DNA of 64,000 nt from a candidate division WOR-3 bacterium (GCA_039803205.1 JBDRYB010000002.1:32001-96000), one strand, 5' to 3'; numbered from the stretch's first letter, positions 1-9,273 are shown. Notes: generated by a model from the letters alone, not told the origin. Translations and numbers: made by a program.

Positions 1-464
1 AGGTGAAGGAATTCCTGGAGGCTGTAGCGGTGAAGATGGCCGCGCTGGAGGAGGAGCTTAGGACACTTTCCGCTTCCGGAGGCGCGGGTAGCGCTGAGCT
101 GGCCGCTGAGGTCTCCTCGCTGAGGGCCAGGGTCTCTGAGCTTGAGAAGGAGAACGCTGAGCTAAGGGACAAGGTTTCAAAGGGGATGAGCGCGGGTGAG
201 GCATCGGACATGGCCGCGAAGATCATCAAGCACGCGGAGGAGCTCGCCGAGAAGATAAAGCTAGAGGCAGAGGAAGAGGCAAAAGGCAGGCTCAGGGAGG
301 TTGAGCTGGAACTGTCCGGACGCAGGAAGGAGCTGGAAGCCGAGCTGGAGAGCCTCAGGAACGAGACCGAGCGCCTCTCTCACCTGAAGGATGACTTCAT
401 AGCCCGCGTGGAGCAGACCCTCCGCGAGTTCAACGACATAATAACGAGATACAAGGCCAAATAA
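1..464 (+). CDS. DivIVA-domain coiled-coil protein (5' truncated by window edge)
   Basis: Opens with EVKEFLEAVA (end of a DivIVA N-terminal motif), followed by a long heptad coiled coil with A..II..A...A..I...A. Confidence 0.6.
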   Translation, partial: VKEFLEAVAVKMAALEEELRTLSASGGAGSAELAAEVSSLRARVSELEKENAELRDKVSKGMSAGEASDMAAKIIKHAEELAEKIKLEAEEEAKGRLREVELELSGRRKELEAELESLRNETERLSHLKDDFIARVEQTLREFNDIITRYKAK

Positions 465-465
465 C

Positions 466-1203
466 ATGCCCTTGGTTCTGGCCGGGTTTCTCCTCGGACA
501 GAAACCCACCCTCATCCTCGGAGACAGCCTTGAGATAGCTGGGTTCCAGGTAAAGGTCTATTCCCTGGCCCTCGGGGAGAGCGATGAGGCCGATGTTATA
601 GGTACTAGGCTCTTTATTATCAAGGGAGCTGATACCCTTCTCAGCATTGGGGATGATGAGTGGCCCTTCCTATTCCTTGACAAGGACACCGGCGAGGACA
701 TAGACGGGGACGGAAATCCTGATGTCGTGGTTGTGATGGCAGGAGAGGATAGGATAAAGCTGGTCGCATACTCTCTTGATACGGCTGGCCCAAAAGAGGT
801 TCGTTTCTCCATACCCGGTTGGGCAGAGATATTCTCATACGAGGATGTTAACGGAGATGAGGTCCCTGAACTCCTGGTCGCGGATACGAGGATCAGGGGG
901 TTTGAAGGGCTTGAGGTGCCACAGGTCATAGTGGCTCTCAGAAAGACACGGGGCGGCTATTGGGAGGAGTTCCCTGAGGCCTACAACGATTATTATACTG
1001 CCAAGCTTGAGGCGCTCCTAACGAAGATGAGGATGGAGGCCAACCCCTTCAAGAAGAGGGCATATGCCACTGCTTATTCCGCTTACCTATTTCACATGGG
1101 GAAAACCCAGGAGGCCTGGGACGAGTTTCTGAGGCTAACCGAGGGCGACGAAACCCTTCTCATGAAGTTCAAGGAGCGCATGCTGTTCTGGGAGGAAAAA
1201 TGA
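466..1203 (+). CDS. Exported hypothetical protein with two FG-GAP/Ca-binding-like loops
   Basis: Hydrophobic N-terminus; DIDGDGNPD and DVNGDEVPE motifs; starts 1 nt after the upstream stop. Confidence 0.55.
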   Translation: MPLVLAGFLLGQKPTLILGDSLEIAGFQVKVYSLALGESDEADVIGTRLFIIKGADTLLSIGDDEWPFLFLDKDTGEDIDGDGNPDVVVVMAGEDRIKLVAYSLDTAGPKEVRFSIPGWAEIFSYEDVNGDEVPELLVADTRIRGFEGLEVPQVIVALRKTRGGYWEEFPEAYNDYYTAKLEALLTKMRMEANPFKKRAYATAYSAYLFHMGKTQEAWDEFLRLTEGDETLLMKFKERMLFWEEK

Positions 1204-1712
1204 CAGCCTTCTTCTTTCTCAGACCATACATAGGGCTTATGGCTGGACTCGCTCAGGCCTCAGATGGGAGTGGAATGGGCATGGGGATTGAGGGAGGGCT
1301 TTGGGCTGGCAATCCGAGGGCCCGTCTCACGCTTATGGTCTCCTATTCAAAGCTCTCGGTGGAGGGAAGCTTTGATACCACTGCCACCCCAGCCGGAGGT
1401 GGAGATCAGGGCCCCAGTGAGGTTCCAGCAACCCGTTCCCTGGACGCCATTGATCTGGCTCTTGGGCCCTCCATATGTATCGGGCGATCCGAGATAGGGC
1501 TGCGCTTTGGGTCTTCCCTTCACACGGGCGAGAGGGTCTCGGACGACGCTGGCTACACCCTCAAGGAGTATCCGAGCACCTGGAGTTTCCTTTGGGGCGG
1601 GGGTTTCGGTTGGAACTGGGATAAGTTCGGGCTTTGGTTTTTTGCTGATCAGCACACGGGGCGCCGGGGCCTGTGGGTCTTTGGGGCGAAGGCAAGGCTT
1701 TTCCCGTTATGA
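1200..1712 (+). CDS. Putative small outer-membrane beta-barrel protein
   Basis: ATGA overlap; Gly/aromatic-rich amphipathic strands; aromatic residue near the C-terminus. Confidence 0.45.
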   Translation: MTAFFFLRPYIGLMAGLAQASDGSGMGMGIEGGLWAGNPRARLTLMVSYSKLSVEGSFDTTATPAGGGDQGPSEVPATRSLDAIDLALGPSICIGRSEIGLRFGSSLHTGERVSDDAGYTLKEYPSTWSFLWGGGFGWNWDKFGLWFFADQHTGRRGLWVFGAKARLFPL

Positions 1713-1725
1713 AAAGGAGCGAAAA

Positions 1726-2106
1726 ATGGAGATAGACCCTAAGGTCATAGAGGAAGGTAAAGGCCTGGCTTGGTTATCCTATCTGGGCATCCTGTTTCTG
1801 GTGCCGTTGTTCGTCCAGAGGACGAATCCCTATTCTATGTTCCATGTGAGGCAGGGCATGGTGCTTTTTGGGCTCTGGATCGTTGGCTTCATCGTAGGCC
1901 TCTTGGAACTGGTCCTGCACGCCGTCGTATCAATATTTGACATTCCATATGCTACCTGCTGTGTTGATGGCGGCCTCGGGCTCATCCAGATAGCAATCTA
2001 CATCATCGCGCTGGTTCTCTCCATAATGGGTATTATTAAAGCGCTCTCGGGCGAGCTCTGGAGAATGCCTGTCCTTGGCGGAATAGCTGAAAAGATAAAC
2101 CTGTGA
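1726..2106 (+). CDS. DUF4870-like membrane protein
   Basis: AGGAG SD before ATG 1726; AWLSYLGILFLVPL...FHVRQG...MGIIKALSGELWRMPVLG pattern. Confidence 0.75.
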   Translation: MEIDPKVIEEGKGLAWLSYLGILFLVPLFVQRTNPYSMFHVRQGMVLFGLWIVGFIVGLLELVLHAVVSIFDIPYATCCVDGGLGLIQIAIYIIALVLSIMGIIKALSGELWRMPVLGGIAEKINL

Positions 2107-2154
2107 AAATGGCCGCTCGCTTTCAACTGCTCGTAGGAAACAAGAAATAGACCC

Positions 2155-3423
2155 ATGCCTTTTACCGTTATAGTTGGACTTCAGTGGGGAGATGAGGGAA
2201 AGGGCAAGATAGCCGATTACCTATCCGGAGAGTTCGGGATAGTCGCGCGTTTCCAGGGTGGAGCGAACGCTGGGCACACGGTCAACATAGGGAAAAAGAG
2301 CTACATAATGCACATCTTGCCCACGGGCCTCCTTCGTCAGGGAACCAAAGGTGGGGTAGGGGCTGGCGTCGTGATAGACCTTGAGACCCTCAGGGATGAG
2401 ATAAAGGTCGTTGAGAAGGCTTCTGGCCCCCTGAAGGATAGGCTCATAATTGACGAGAGGGCCCAGATAGTTCTTCCGTTTCACAAAATAGAGGACGCTC
2501 AGATTGAGGAATCCAGAAAGAACCTGAGGATAGGCACGACCCAGAGGGGAATAGGCCCGTCATACAGGGACAGGTACGCGAGATACGGGGTGAGGGTTGG
2601 GCTTCTCAGGGACGAGGGGCTTCTCGCAGAGGCAATAGAGCGAGCGCTTTCCTTCAATAACCCCATTCTTGAGAGCATGTTCGGGGTCAAGCCCATGTCC
2701 AGGGACGAGATCATGGATTGGATCATGCCTCTGAGGGACTATGTTCTGCCATATCTCGGGGATCTTTCCGCTTTTCTGTGGAGAAATAGGGACCAGAAGA
2801 TCCTCCTTGAGGGCGCGCAGGGAACCCTTCTGGATGTTGATTTTGGAACCTATCCTTATGTTACATCCTCTCACTGTATAGCGGGCGCGGCATCAGTTGG
2901 CCTCGGGATCCCTCCATATTGGCTGGAGAATGTCATAGGCGTGACAAAGGCATACACCACGAGGGTAGGAGAAGGGCCCTTCCCAACCGAGATGGATGAG
3001 GCCCTCAGCGCTGAAATAAGGAATAAGGGCTCTGAGTTCGGCGCGTCCACCGGAAGGCCGAGAAGGTGTGGGTGGCTTGACCTGCCAGCCCTGCGTTATG
3101 CGATTCGCCTGAACGGCGTCAAGGAGATAATGATGACGAAGCTGGATGTGCTCTCCGGATTGCCTGAGGTCCTGGTTGCTGTGGCATACGAGACTCCAGC
3201 AGGCAAGACCAGGGATTTCCCCATTTATGGCCTCGAATCCGTCAAGCCAGTGTATAAGTCAATGAAGGGCTGGGGCACATTTACCGGCGAGAGGATTCCG
3301 CACGCGGCTTTGGAGTTCATAAAGCTCGTTGAGGAGGAGGTCGGGGTCCCTATCACCCTTCTCTCATACGGGGGGGACAGGGCAGAGGTGATAAGGCGAA
3401 GGATTATCAGCGAGGAATTCTGA
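2155..3423 (+). CDS. purA: Adenylosuccinate synthetase
   Basis: GLQWGDEGKGK, GGANAGHT, GTTQRGIGP, EGAQG, GTYPYVTSS, TGRPRRCGW. Confidence 0.98.
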   Translation: MPFTVIVGLQWGDEGKGKIADYLSGEFGIVARFQGGANAGHTVNIGKKSYIMHILPTGLLRQGTKGGVGAGVVIDLETLRDEIKVVEKASGPLKDRLIIDERAQIVLPFHKIEDAQIEESRKNLRIGTTQRGIGPSYRDRYARYGVRVGLLRDEGLLAEAIERALSFNNPILESMFGVKPMSRDEIMDWIMPLRDYVLPYLGDLSAFLWRNRDQKILLEGAQGTLLDVDFGTYPYVTSSHCIAGAASVGLGIPPYWLENVIGVTKAYTTRVGEGPFPTEMDEALSAEIRNKGSEFGASTGRPRRCGWLDLPALRYAIRLNGVKEIMMTKLDVLSGLPEVLVAVAYETPAGKTRDFPIYGLESVKPVYKSMKGWGTFTGERIPHAALEFIKLVEEEVGVPITLLSYGGDRAEVIRRRIISEEF

Positions 3424-3505
3424 ACCTCATGATGCCATATTCAGGCTCGCACCAGGAATAGAACGCGTAATAGCTCTCGTTGTCATCGCCGCAGGTTGAT
3501 ACAAT

Positions 3506-4240
3506 ATCAACTTTGACACTAAAACCCTGATCTTCGGGTATCTTATTCTCTGAGTTCCGCGTAAAATCAGGGTTTGGTTTCTGAGGAGGGTTGATTTCGG
3601 TTAAAAACATGGTGCCAACATTATCTTTTAACCAGGGATATTTTCAAGTTGCAAGAGAAGCTCAGGGAGGAATACCTCATAGAGGGCTCTGAGAGCCTCG
3701 AGCTCCATCACCTATACAGAGCCCTTGATGACCTCAGAAGAAGGTTTGGGATAAAGAGGGCAGTGTTTGTCTGCGACAGGGGCATGGTATCAGAGGCCAA
3801 CCTGAGGCTCATGGATGAGGCTGGTTATGACTACATAATAGGATTTAGGATGGCATCTCATCCTGCCAGAAAGGCCCTCTCAAGGCAAGGTAGATACCAC
3901 AGGATAGAGAGGGAAGGTAAGTCAGAGCTCTGGGTAAAGGAGGCGGTAGTTGATGGCGAACGCTACATAATATGCTACAACCCTGATGAGGCTGAGAGGG
4001 AGGAGATAGAAACCAACCCAAAAGCCCTGATAAGAAACAGGGGATAAAGGAAGGGCCTCCTTGAGATAGACCAGGCTAAGGTCTCAGAGGCCGAGAGGTA
4101 TGATGGCAAGTATGTCATAAGGGTAAGCGATCCTCGTTTGACAACCGAAACAGCCGCCCTCGCTTACCGTGAGCCTCAGCGACCATGGTGCCAACTCCTT
4201 GGGGCGTGATCTGCTGAGAGAATTAGGTGTCAAAGTTGGG
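3506..4240 (+). mobile_element. Internally deleted IS1634-family element with transposase pseudogene (about 3649-4170)
   Basis: Inverted repeat CAACTTTGACAC (3508-3519) / GTGTCAAAGTTG (4227-4238); fragments HHLYRALD, VFVCDRGMVSEANL, RYIICYNP and, after a stop, EAERYDGKYVI. Confidence 0.8.
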
Positions 4241-4466
4241 CTAAGGTAATGAGGGCGATAACAGGAAGGAATGTCTCTCCCTCAGGGGTCTACAAGCGCC
4301 TACTCATGCTCGGTTTGACCTTGAGTTCCTACCGGATGAGACATTCAGGAACATCCTCGAGGAGGTTTTGGCCTTCCCTTACCTTCCTTCTGATTTCTCT
4401 TTTAACATGACCATAATTTAAACTCCTAGTCTGGGGAGTGGCCCCTAGGGTGCCCGGGAATCCGGA
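4241..4466 (+). mobile_element. ISLre2-like fragment with element 3' end
   Basis: Peptide AKVMRAITGRNVSPSGVYKRL resembles an ISLre2 transposase segment; 4413-4466 matches 56725-56778 (reverse complement) at 45/54 nt. Confidence 0.6.
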
Positions 4467-5884
4467 TGGTTCTGGAGCTCCTCAAGCCTGAGAGCCGCGA
4501 TGAACATGGTCTCTTCGCCCATGTAAGGCGCTGATATGTGGATTCCGGGCCTGAATCCGTGGGAGTCCGGATGGCCCGGAACGCTTATCCCTGGAATCCC
4601 AGCGAGGTTCGCGGCCGCTGTCAATGTATCCATAAGGTAGACAGCGAGGGGATCGGCAAGGCTTTCCCCTTTCTTGACTGGCGGAACGGGAAAAGTTGGG
4701 GATAGGATCACATCAACCTCCTTAAAGGCATCGTCATAATCCCTCCTGATGAGGCGTCTCACCTTTTGCGCCCTCAGGAAATACTTGTCCTGGTATCCCG
4801 CTGAGAGCACAAAAGCCCCCGCGGCTATCCTTCGTTTAACCTCGGGCCCGAAGCCCTCTGACCTGGTTTTGACATAAATTTCCTCAAGGCTACTGGTTCC
4901 CTCGGCTCTGAAGCCATACCTGATCCCGTCAAACCTGGCAAGGTTTGATGAGCACTCAGCCGCTACAACTATCTGATAACATGGTATCACATAACGGGTG
5001 TGAGGGAGGGATATTTCCTTAAGGGTATACCCGTCTTTTTCCAGGAGCATAGCCCCCTCCATAACCGCATCAGCTATCTCAGGGTCAGTTCCCTGGCCGA
5101 AGTATTCCCTGGGAAGCCCAACTCGGAGCTTGGTTTCCCTGTGGAGCCGGATGATCTCTTGTTCGGATGGCAAGGGCATTCGCGAGGTCGTTGAGTCCAT
5201 GGGATCGTATCCTCCCATAACGAGGAAGACTCTCAGACTATCCCGAACCGAGCGTGAGATAACCCCTATCTGGTCAAGGGATGAAGCGAAGGCAATCAGT
5301 CCATAGCGGGACACCCTCCCGTATGAGGGTTTGAAGCCAACAACCCCGCACCAGGCACCCGGTTGGCGGACAGAGCCCCCGGTGTCAGAACCCAAAGCAA
5401 AGGGAACGAGGCCAGCGCCAACAGCAGCGGCAGAGCCTGAGGATGTGCCTCCCGGAACATGGTCCTTGTTCAGCGGGTTTGATGTGGGCCCGAAATAGGA
5501 ATACTCTCCCGTAGAACCCATAGCGAACTCGTCCATGTTCGTCTTGCCCACGATGATGGCGCCGGCTTCCAGAACCCTCCTCAGCGCTGTGGCCGTGTAT
5601 GGTGGCCTGTATCCGAGGAGAATCCTGGAAGCGCATGTGGTCTCGTGGTCCTGATAGCAGATGTTGTCCTTCACGCCGAACGGGATCCCCCACAAAGGAG
5701 GCATGGGTTCCGGAGGCTTGCCGAGGGCGTTTGCCTGCTCTTCGGCCTCATCAAGAAAGAGATTTATGAAAGCGTTTAGCTCCGGTTCCTCTGCCTCAAT
5801 CCTCTCCCTCGTGATGGCTATGAGCTCAGCCGGGCTAAGCTCTCCACGAGCATAAAGCTCGTGTATCTCCTCAATAGTATTCAT
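4445..5884 (-). CDS. gatA: Asp/Glu-tRNA amidotransferase subunit A
   Basis: VKDNI, GKTNMDEFAMGS, GSDTGGSVRQP, GLIAFASSLDQIG, SSNLARFDGIRYG, RSEGFGPEVKRRI. Confidence 0.95.
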   Translation of the reverse strand: MNTIEEIHELYARGELSPAELIAITRERIEAEEPELNAFINLFLDEAEEQANALGKPPEPMPPLWGIPFGVKDNICYQDHETTCASRILLGYRPPYTATALRRVLEAGAIIVGKTNMDEFAMGSTGEYSYFGPTSNPLNKDHVPGGTSSGSAAAVGAGLVPFALGSDTGGSVRQPGAWCGVVGFKPSYGRVSRYGLIAFASSLDQIGVISRSVRDSLRVFLVMGGYDPMDSTTSRMPLPSEQEIIRLHRETKLRVGLPREYFGQGTDPEIADAVMEGAMLLEKDGYTLKEISLPHTRYVIPCYQIVVAAECSSNLARFDGIRYGFRAEGTSSLEEIYVKTRSEGFGPEVKRRIAAGAFVLSAGYQDKYFLRAQKVRRLIRRDYDDAFKEVDVILSPTFPVPPVKKGESLADPLAVYLMDTLTAAANLAGIPGISVPGHPDSHGFRPGIHISAPYMGEETMFIAALRLEELQNHPDSRAP

Positions 5885-6416
5885 GAAACTCAGAGCTCCT
5901 CTCGTATCCCATCAGAAAGGCCTTGTGGTTTGGCTCAATGAACCGGGGCGAGACATCCTCGGAAAGGGCCGCGCGGGCGGAATCAGGGTCAGCAGTTCCA
6001 GTGATCCCAGCGATGAACCCTATGACCATCATGTTAGCCATTACCGGGTTGCCGAGGTGCTCATTCGTAAGAATCGTAAAAGGAAAGCGCAGGACCTTGG
6101 CCCTGTGATCTGCTTTCAGTTCTATGAAATCCCCGTCAAGCAGGATGAGTCTGTCAGGCTCGTGGGGAAGGATGTATTTTTCATAAGAGGCCTGGTCAAA
6201 GGCGAAGCTCAACTCAGGTGTTTCCGGAAACGGAAAATCAATGGGCTCTCCCGAAATGACTATCTCGGCCGCAGTGAGGCCTCCCCTGACCTCTGCTCCG
6301 TATATCGCGCCGTATGAGGCAAACCTTCCGGATTTCGCGGCCGCCTTTGCCAGAACGGCCCCAGCTAGAATAACCCCGCGCCCTCCGGATCCAGCCATGA
6401 GTATTTCGGTTCTCAT
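5871..6416 (-). CDS. korC: 2-oxoacid:ferredoxin oxidoreductase gamma subunit
   Basis: AGSGGRGVILAG, YGAEVRGG, ANMMVIG, N.KAF..G. Confidence 0.88.
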   Translation of the reverse strand: MRTEILMAGSGGRGVILAGAVLAKAAAKSGRFASYGAIYGAEVRGGLTAAEIVISGEPIDFPFPETPELSFAFDQASYEKYILPHEPDRLILLDGDFIELKADHRAKVLRFPFTILTNEHLGNPVMANMMVIGFIAGITGTADPDSARAALSEDVSPRFIEPNHKAFLMGYERSSEFHEYY

Positions 6417-6419
6417 TTC

Positions 6420-6878
6420 TCAGTCAGTCTTCTCTATGTAAAATCTAAAATCCTTCTCCCACCAACCCTTTGGCCCATCGCGCTTGCTCAGCCTGAACAT
6501 CAGGACAGGGCAGGAGATCATCTGCGCGGCCGCTTCCCCAGGGGGCATCTCCTTGACCCTCAGCCGGAGCATGGGTTTTTTACCTTCTGTGAGAAAGAGC
6601 CCTTTCAGCTCAAACCTGAAACCGAGGGTGGGTCTCATCCCAGGGAAATACGCGAGAACAAGGGATTCGGTGAAATCCACCTGGGGCCTTGCCGAGGGTT
6701 TGTCCATCATGAAGCCCATAACTTGGCCCCAAAGGCCTCCGAAGGACTCCTCATCCCCGACCACGATGACGGTTTCCCTTTCAAATCCACCAACAGGAGC
6801 CGCATATATCTCCTCAAATCCAAGGGCATATTCGTGAGCGCCTCCTGCGCAGAGAAGCGCGTAAGCTAAGGTTGTCAT
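6420..6878 (-). CDS. PrcB C-terminal-like domain exported protein (copy 4)
   Basis: VDF....VLAYFPGMRPTLGF...PPGEAAAQMISCP; hydrophobic N-terminus. Confidence 0.7.
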   Translation of the reverse strand: MTTLAYALLCAGGAHEYALGFEEIYAAPVGGFERETVIVVGDEESFGGLWGQVMGFMMDKPSARPQVDFTESLVLAYFPGMRPTLGFRFELKGLFLTEGKKPMLRLRVKEMPPGEAAAQMISCPVLMFRLSKRDGPKGWWEKDFRFYIEKTD

Positions 6879-7336
6879 TCCTTCTTAACCTCCACCTTGC
6901 AGTTCTCCCACCAACCAGCAGGCAAGTAGGAGATGTTCTTGCGTATCTTAACTATGACAACTGGTTTTATGTAGCTCCCGTCCCAGGCTCCGTGCCTGTA
7001 GAGGAGCTTGAAGACCAAGAATAGGGTCGTGTCCGGCTGGCCGCGGTAGCGCAGGAACACATTATTGAGCTGGTAGTCGTAGCCAGGGGTGGGTAGTTCG
7101 CCCGGGAACCAAACCACCATCGCGAACGAATCGGGATCCAGCTCTGGCATGGGCGTTTCCCAGCCAGCTGTTACCTCAGCCCAAAGCCTAAAGAAGGCAT
7201 CAGCGCCCTTGAGCACGAAAGCACTCTCTTTGTCCATCCCCCCGGAATCAGACGCGTATATGACCTCGTATTCCCCCGGAAGCAAGCCCTGATCAGCTGG
7301 CATCACGCTCATTATTGCTATGGCTATCTCTGGCAT
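6875..7336 (-). CDS. PrcB C-terminal-like domain protein (copy 3, divergent)
   Basis: MPELD....VVWFPGELPTPGYDY...KPVVIVKI. Confidence 0.55.
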   Translation of the reverse strand: MPEIAIAIMSVMPADQGLLPGEYEVIYASDSGGMDKESAFVLKGADAFFRLWAEVTAGWETPMPELDPDSFAMVVWFPGELPTPGYDYQLNNVFLRYRGQPDTTLFLVFKLLYRHGAWDGSYIKPVVIVKIRKNISYLPAGWWENCKVEVKKE

Positions 7337-7878
7337 CTTATCAGCGAAAGCCCTATGGTCCTCACCTTATCCGCAGGAACCTCAATTATCACATATGGGC
7401 TTGTTATCACTTGAGCGAGCATAGCGCCCTTTGGCGGACACTTCTCCTTTGCCACGAGAACCGCGTCCCCCACATCATCTATGGGATAGACCGGAACAGC
7501 GGCCGAATCAAGTCCATCCAGTGCCAAAAGTGGATTTACCTCCCATTCCCAGACGCTCTGCCCGTCAACCCCGGCCTCGTTGTAGAATACGGAGTATATG
7601 GCGCATGGTTCAATCCCATAACCAGCGGTTGGCCTCTTGCCCAGGAAGGCCATAATCAGTATGGCATCCTGGAAATCCGGCATGATGTTCATCTTCTCGG
7701 ATATGCCGAAATCGGAAACGGCCTTCAGGAGCTCGTCGCTGTTACGGCACACGATCACTGTTTCCCTCTCAGCCTTGCAGAAAGGCCCTGCCAAAATCAC
7801 ACTGAAATTCACCTTCTCAACGCCAGGGGGCCCAGCGTTTGAGAAAACAAAAAGGGTAAAAAAGGTTATCATGGTCAT
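7324..7878 (-). CDS. PrcB C-terminal-like domain exported protein (copy 2)
   Basis: PDF...ILIMAFLGKRPTAGYGI...PPKGAMLAQVITSPYVIIEV; ATG 7878 overlaps the upstream stop. Confidence 0.75.
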   Translation of the reverse strand: MTMITFFTLFVFSNAGPPGVEKVNFSVILAGPFCKAERETVIVCRNSDELLKAVSDFGISEKMNIMPDFQDAILIMAFLGKRPTAGYGIEPCAIYSVFYNEAGVDGQSVWEWEVNPLLALDGLDSAAVPVYPIDDVGDAVLVAKEKCPPKGAMLAQVITSPYVIIEVPADKVRTIGLSLIRCQR

Positions 7879-8420
7879 TGCGAACACCTCACGAACCTCA
7901 CATGAACCTCTCGTAGCTTGTGATCCGGAACAGCAAGGATGATATATGGGCTTGTTATCATCTGTATAACCATGGCGCCCTCAGGCGGACATGTTTCTTT
8001 TATCACAACAACGGCGTCCCCCGGCCTGTCTATTGGCGCTGTAGGAACGCTCGCTGGGTCTATGCCGTCCCCCTCCAAGAGCGGCACTATCGCCATATCC
8101 CAAACCATCTCCCAGCTGACACGGGCCGCGTTGTAATCAACCCTGTAAACTCCGACCGGATCCAGGCCATAGCCACCGGTTCTCCTTTGGCCGAGGAAAG
8201 CAATAATGACAGCGCCCTTACCTAGTCCAGAAGGCCAGCCGAAATCCTCATTTATCCCCATATCCTTGAGCGCTTTCTTGAGCTGTTTCTCGTTCCTGCA
8301 AAGACAGAGGGTTTCGGATTTGGCAGAAGAGACCATGCCCCAGCCCACAACCGAGAATCCTATCCTCTCAGCGCTAGGAGGGCCGGGATTAGCTATCAGC
8401 AGGCTTAATACCAAGCTCAT
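7875..8420 (-). CDS. PrcB C-terminal-like domain exported protein (copy 1)
   Basis: IAFLGQRRTGGYGL...PPEGAMVIQMITSPYIILAV; clear paralog of 7324-7878. Confidence 0.75.
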   Translation of the reverse strand: MSLVLSLLIANPGPPSAERIGFSVVGWGMVSSAKSETLCLCRNEKQLKKALKDMGINEDFGWPSGLGKGAVIIAFLGQRRTGGYGLDPVGVYRVDYNAARVSWEMVWDMAIVPLLEGDGIDPASVPTAPIDRPGDAVVVIKETCPPEGAMVIQMITSPYIILAVPDHKLREVHVRFVRCSQ

Positions 8421-8505
8421 TTCTCAACTTCTCTTTGACCCCTTTCGCGGCATTTCTGTTCCCCTTGATGTGCTTTGACGATCCTGAACATGGCTCTCGC
8501 GCGCA

Positions 8506-9273
8506 TCAGAATTCCCCTATGGTTATCTTGCCTTCAAGCTCCTCCGGGCTCATCTCAGCCGCTCGCTTTACATTAACCGAGACCTCCCGATACCACCTCA
8601 GGATGTCAGCCGCGCCGCCTTCCAGGTTGTGCCTCCCATAATGAACGGGGCAGTTGCTTATGGCCTGGACAAAACCCGTTCCGGCAACGGATATGGCCTT
8701 TTTTATGGCGTTAACCAGATGCCTGTAGTGGTATGTGGTGTATCTGGCGACATAAGCCGCTCCTGCGGCCTTCACGAGCCTGGCCACATCAAAGGAGGGC
8801 CAAGGGTTTCCTTTTGGGGTAGTGGATGTCCTTGCGCCCTGTGGGGTGGTTGGCGAGACCTGGCCTCCGGTCATGGAGTAGTTCATGTTGTCGGCCATTA
8901 CTATGGCCATGTTTATGTTTCGGCGTGCCGCGTGTATGAGATGGTTTCCGCCTATGGAAGCGATGTCCCCGTCACCCCCTATGGCTATAACAGTGAGATC
9001 TGGCCTCGCGAGGGCCAAACCCGTAGCAAAAGCAACGGGCCTCCCGTGGGTTGTGTGGAGGGTATCCGCGTTTATCATGGGAGAGGATATCCATCCTGAA
9101 CAGCCTATCCCGGAGACGAAAACGGTCTTGGTTCTGTCAAGCCCAAGCTCCGAGCAGGCTGTTATTATCGCCCTTAGAACTATGCCGTGGCCACAACCAG
9201 CACAAAAGGGGGTCGGCAGGGCCTCCGCCCTTATCCACTCTCGGACAACAGGATCCCTGACATTCACCTTCAT
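8506..9273 (-). CDS. korB: 2-oxoacid:ferredoxin oxidoreductase beta subunit (TPP-binding)
   Basis: FCAGCGHG, SGIGCS, HTTHGR, GGDGD...IGGNHLIHAARRN, MTGGQVSPTT. Confidence 0.93.
   Translation of the reverse strand: MKVNVRDPVVREWIRAEALPTPFCAGCGHGIVLRAIITACSELGLDRTKTVFVSGIGCSGWISSPMINADTLHTTHGRPVAFATGLALARPDLTVIAIGGDGDIASIGGNHLIHAARRNINMAIVMADNMNYSMTGGQVSPTTPQGARTSTTPKGNPWPSFDVARLVKAAGAAYVARYTTYHYRHLVNAIKKAISVAGTGFVQAISNCPVHYGRHNLEGGAADILRWYREVSVNVKRAAEMSPEELEGKITIGEF

Noticed and set aside
2107..2154. Purine riboswitch upstream of purA
   Set aside because: The 48-bp gap is too short and lacks the aptamer consensus.
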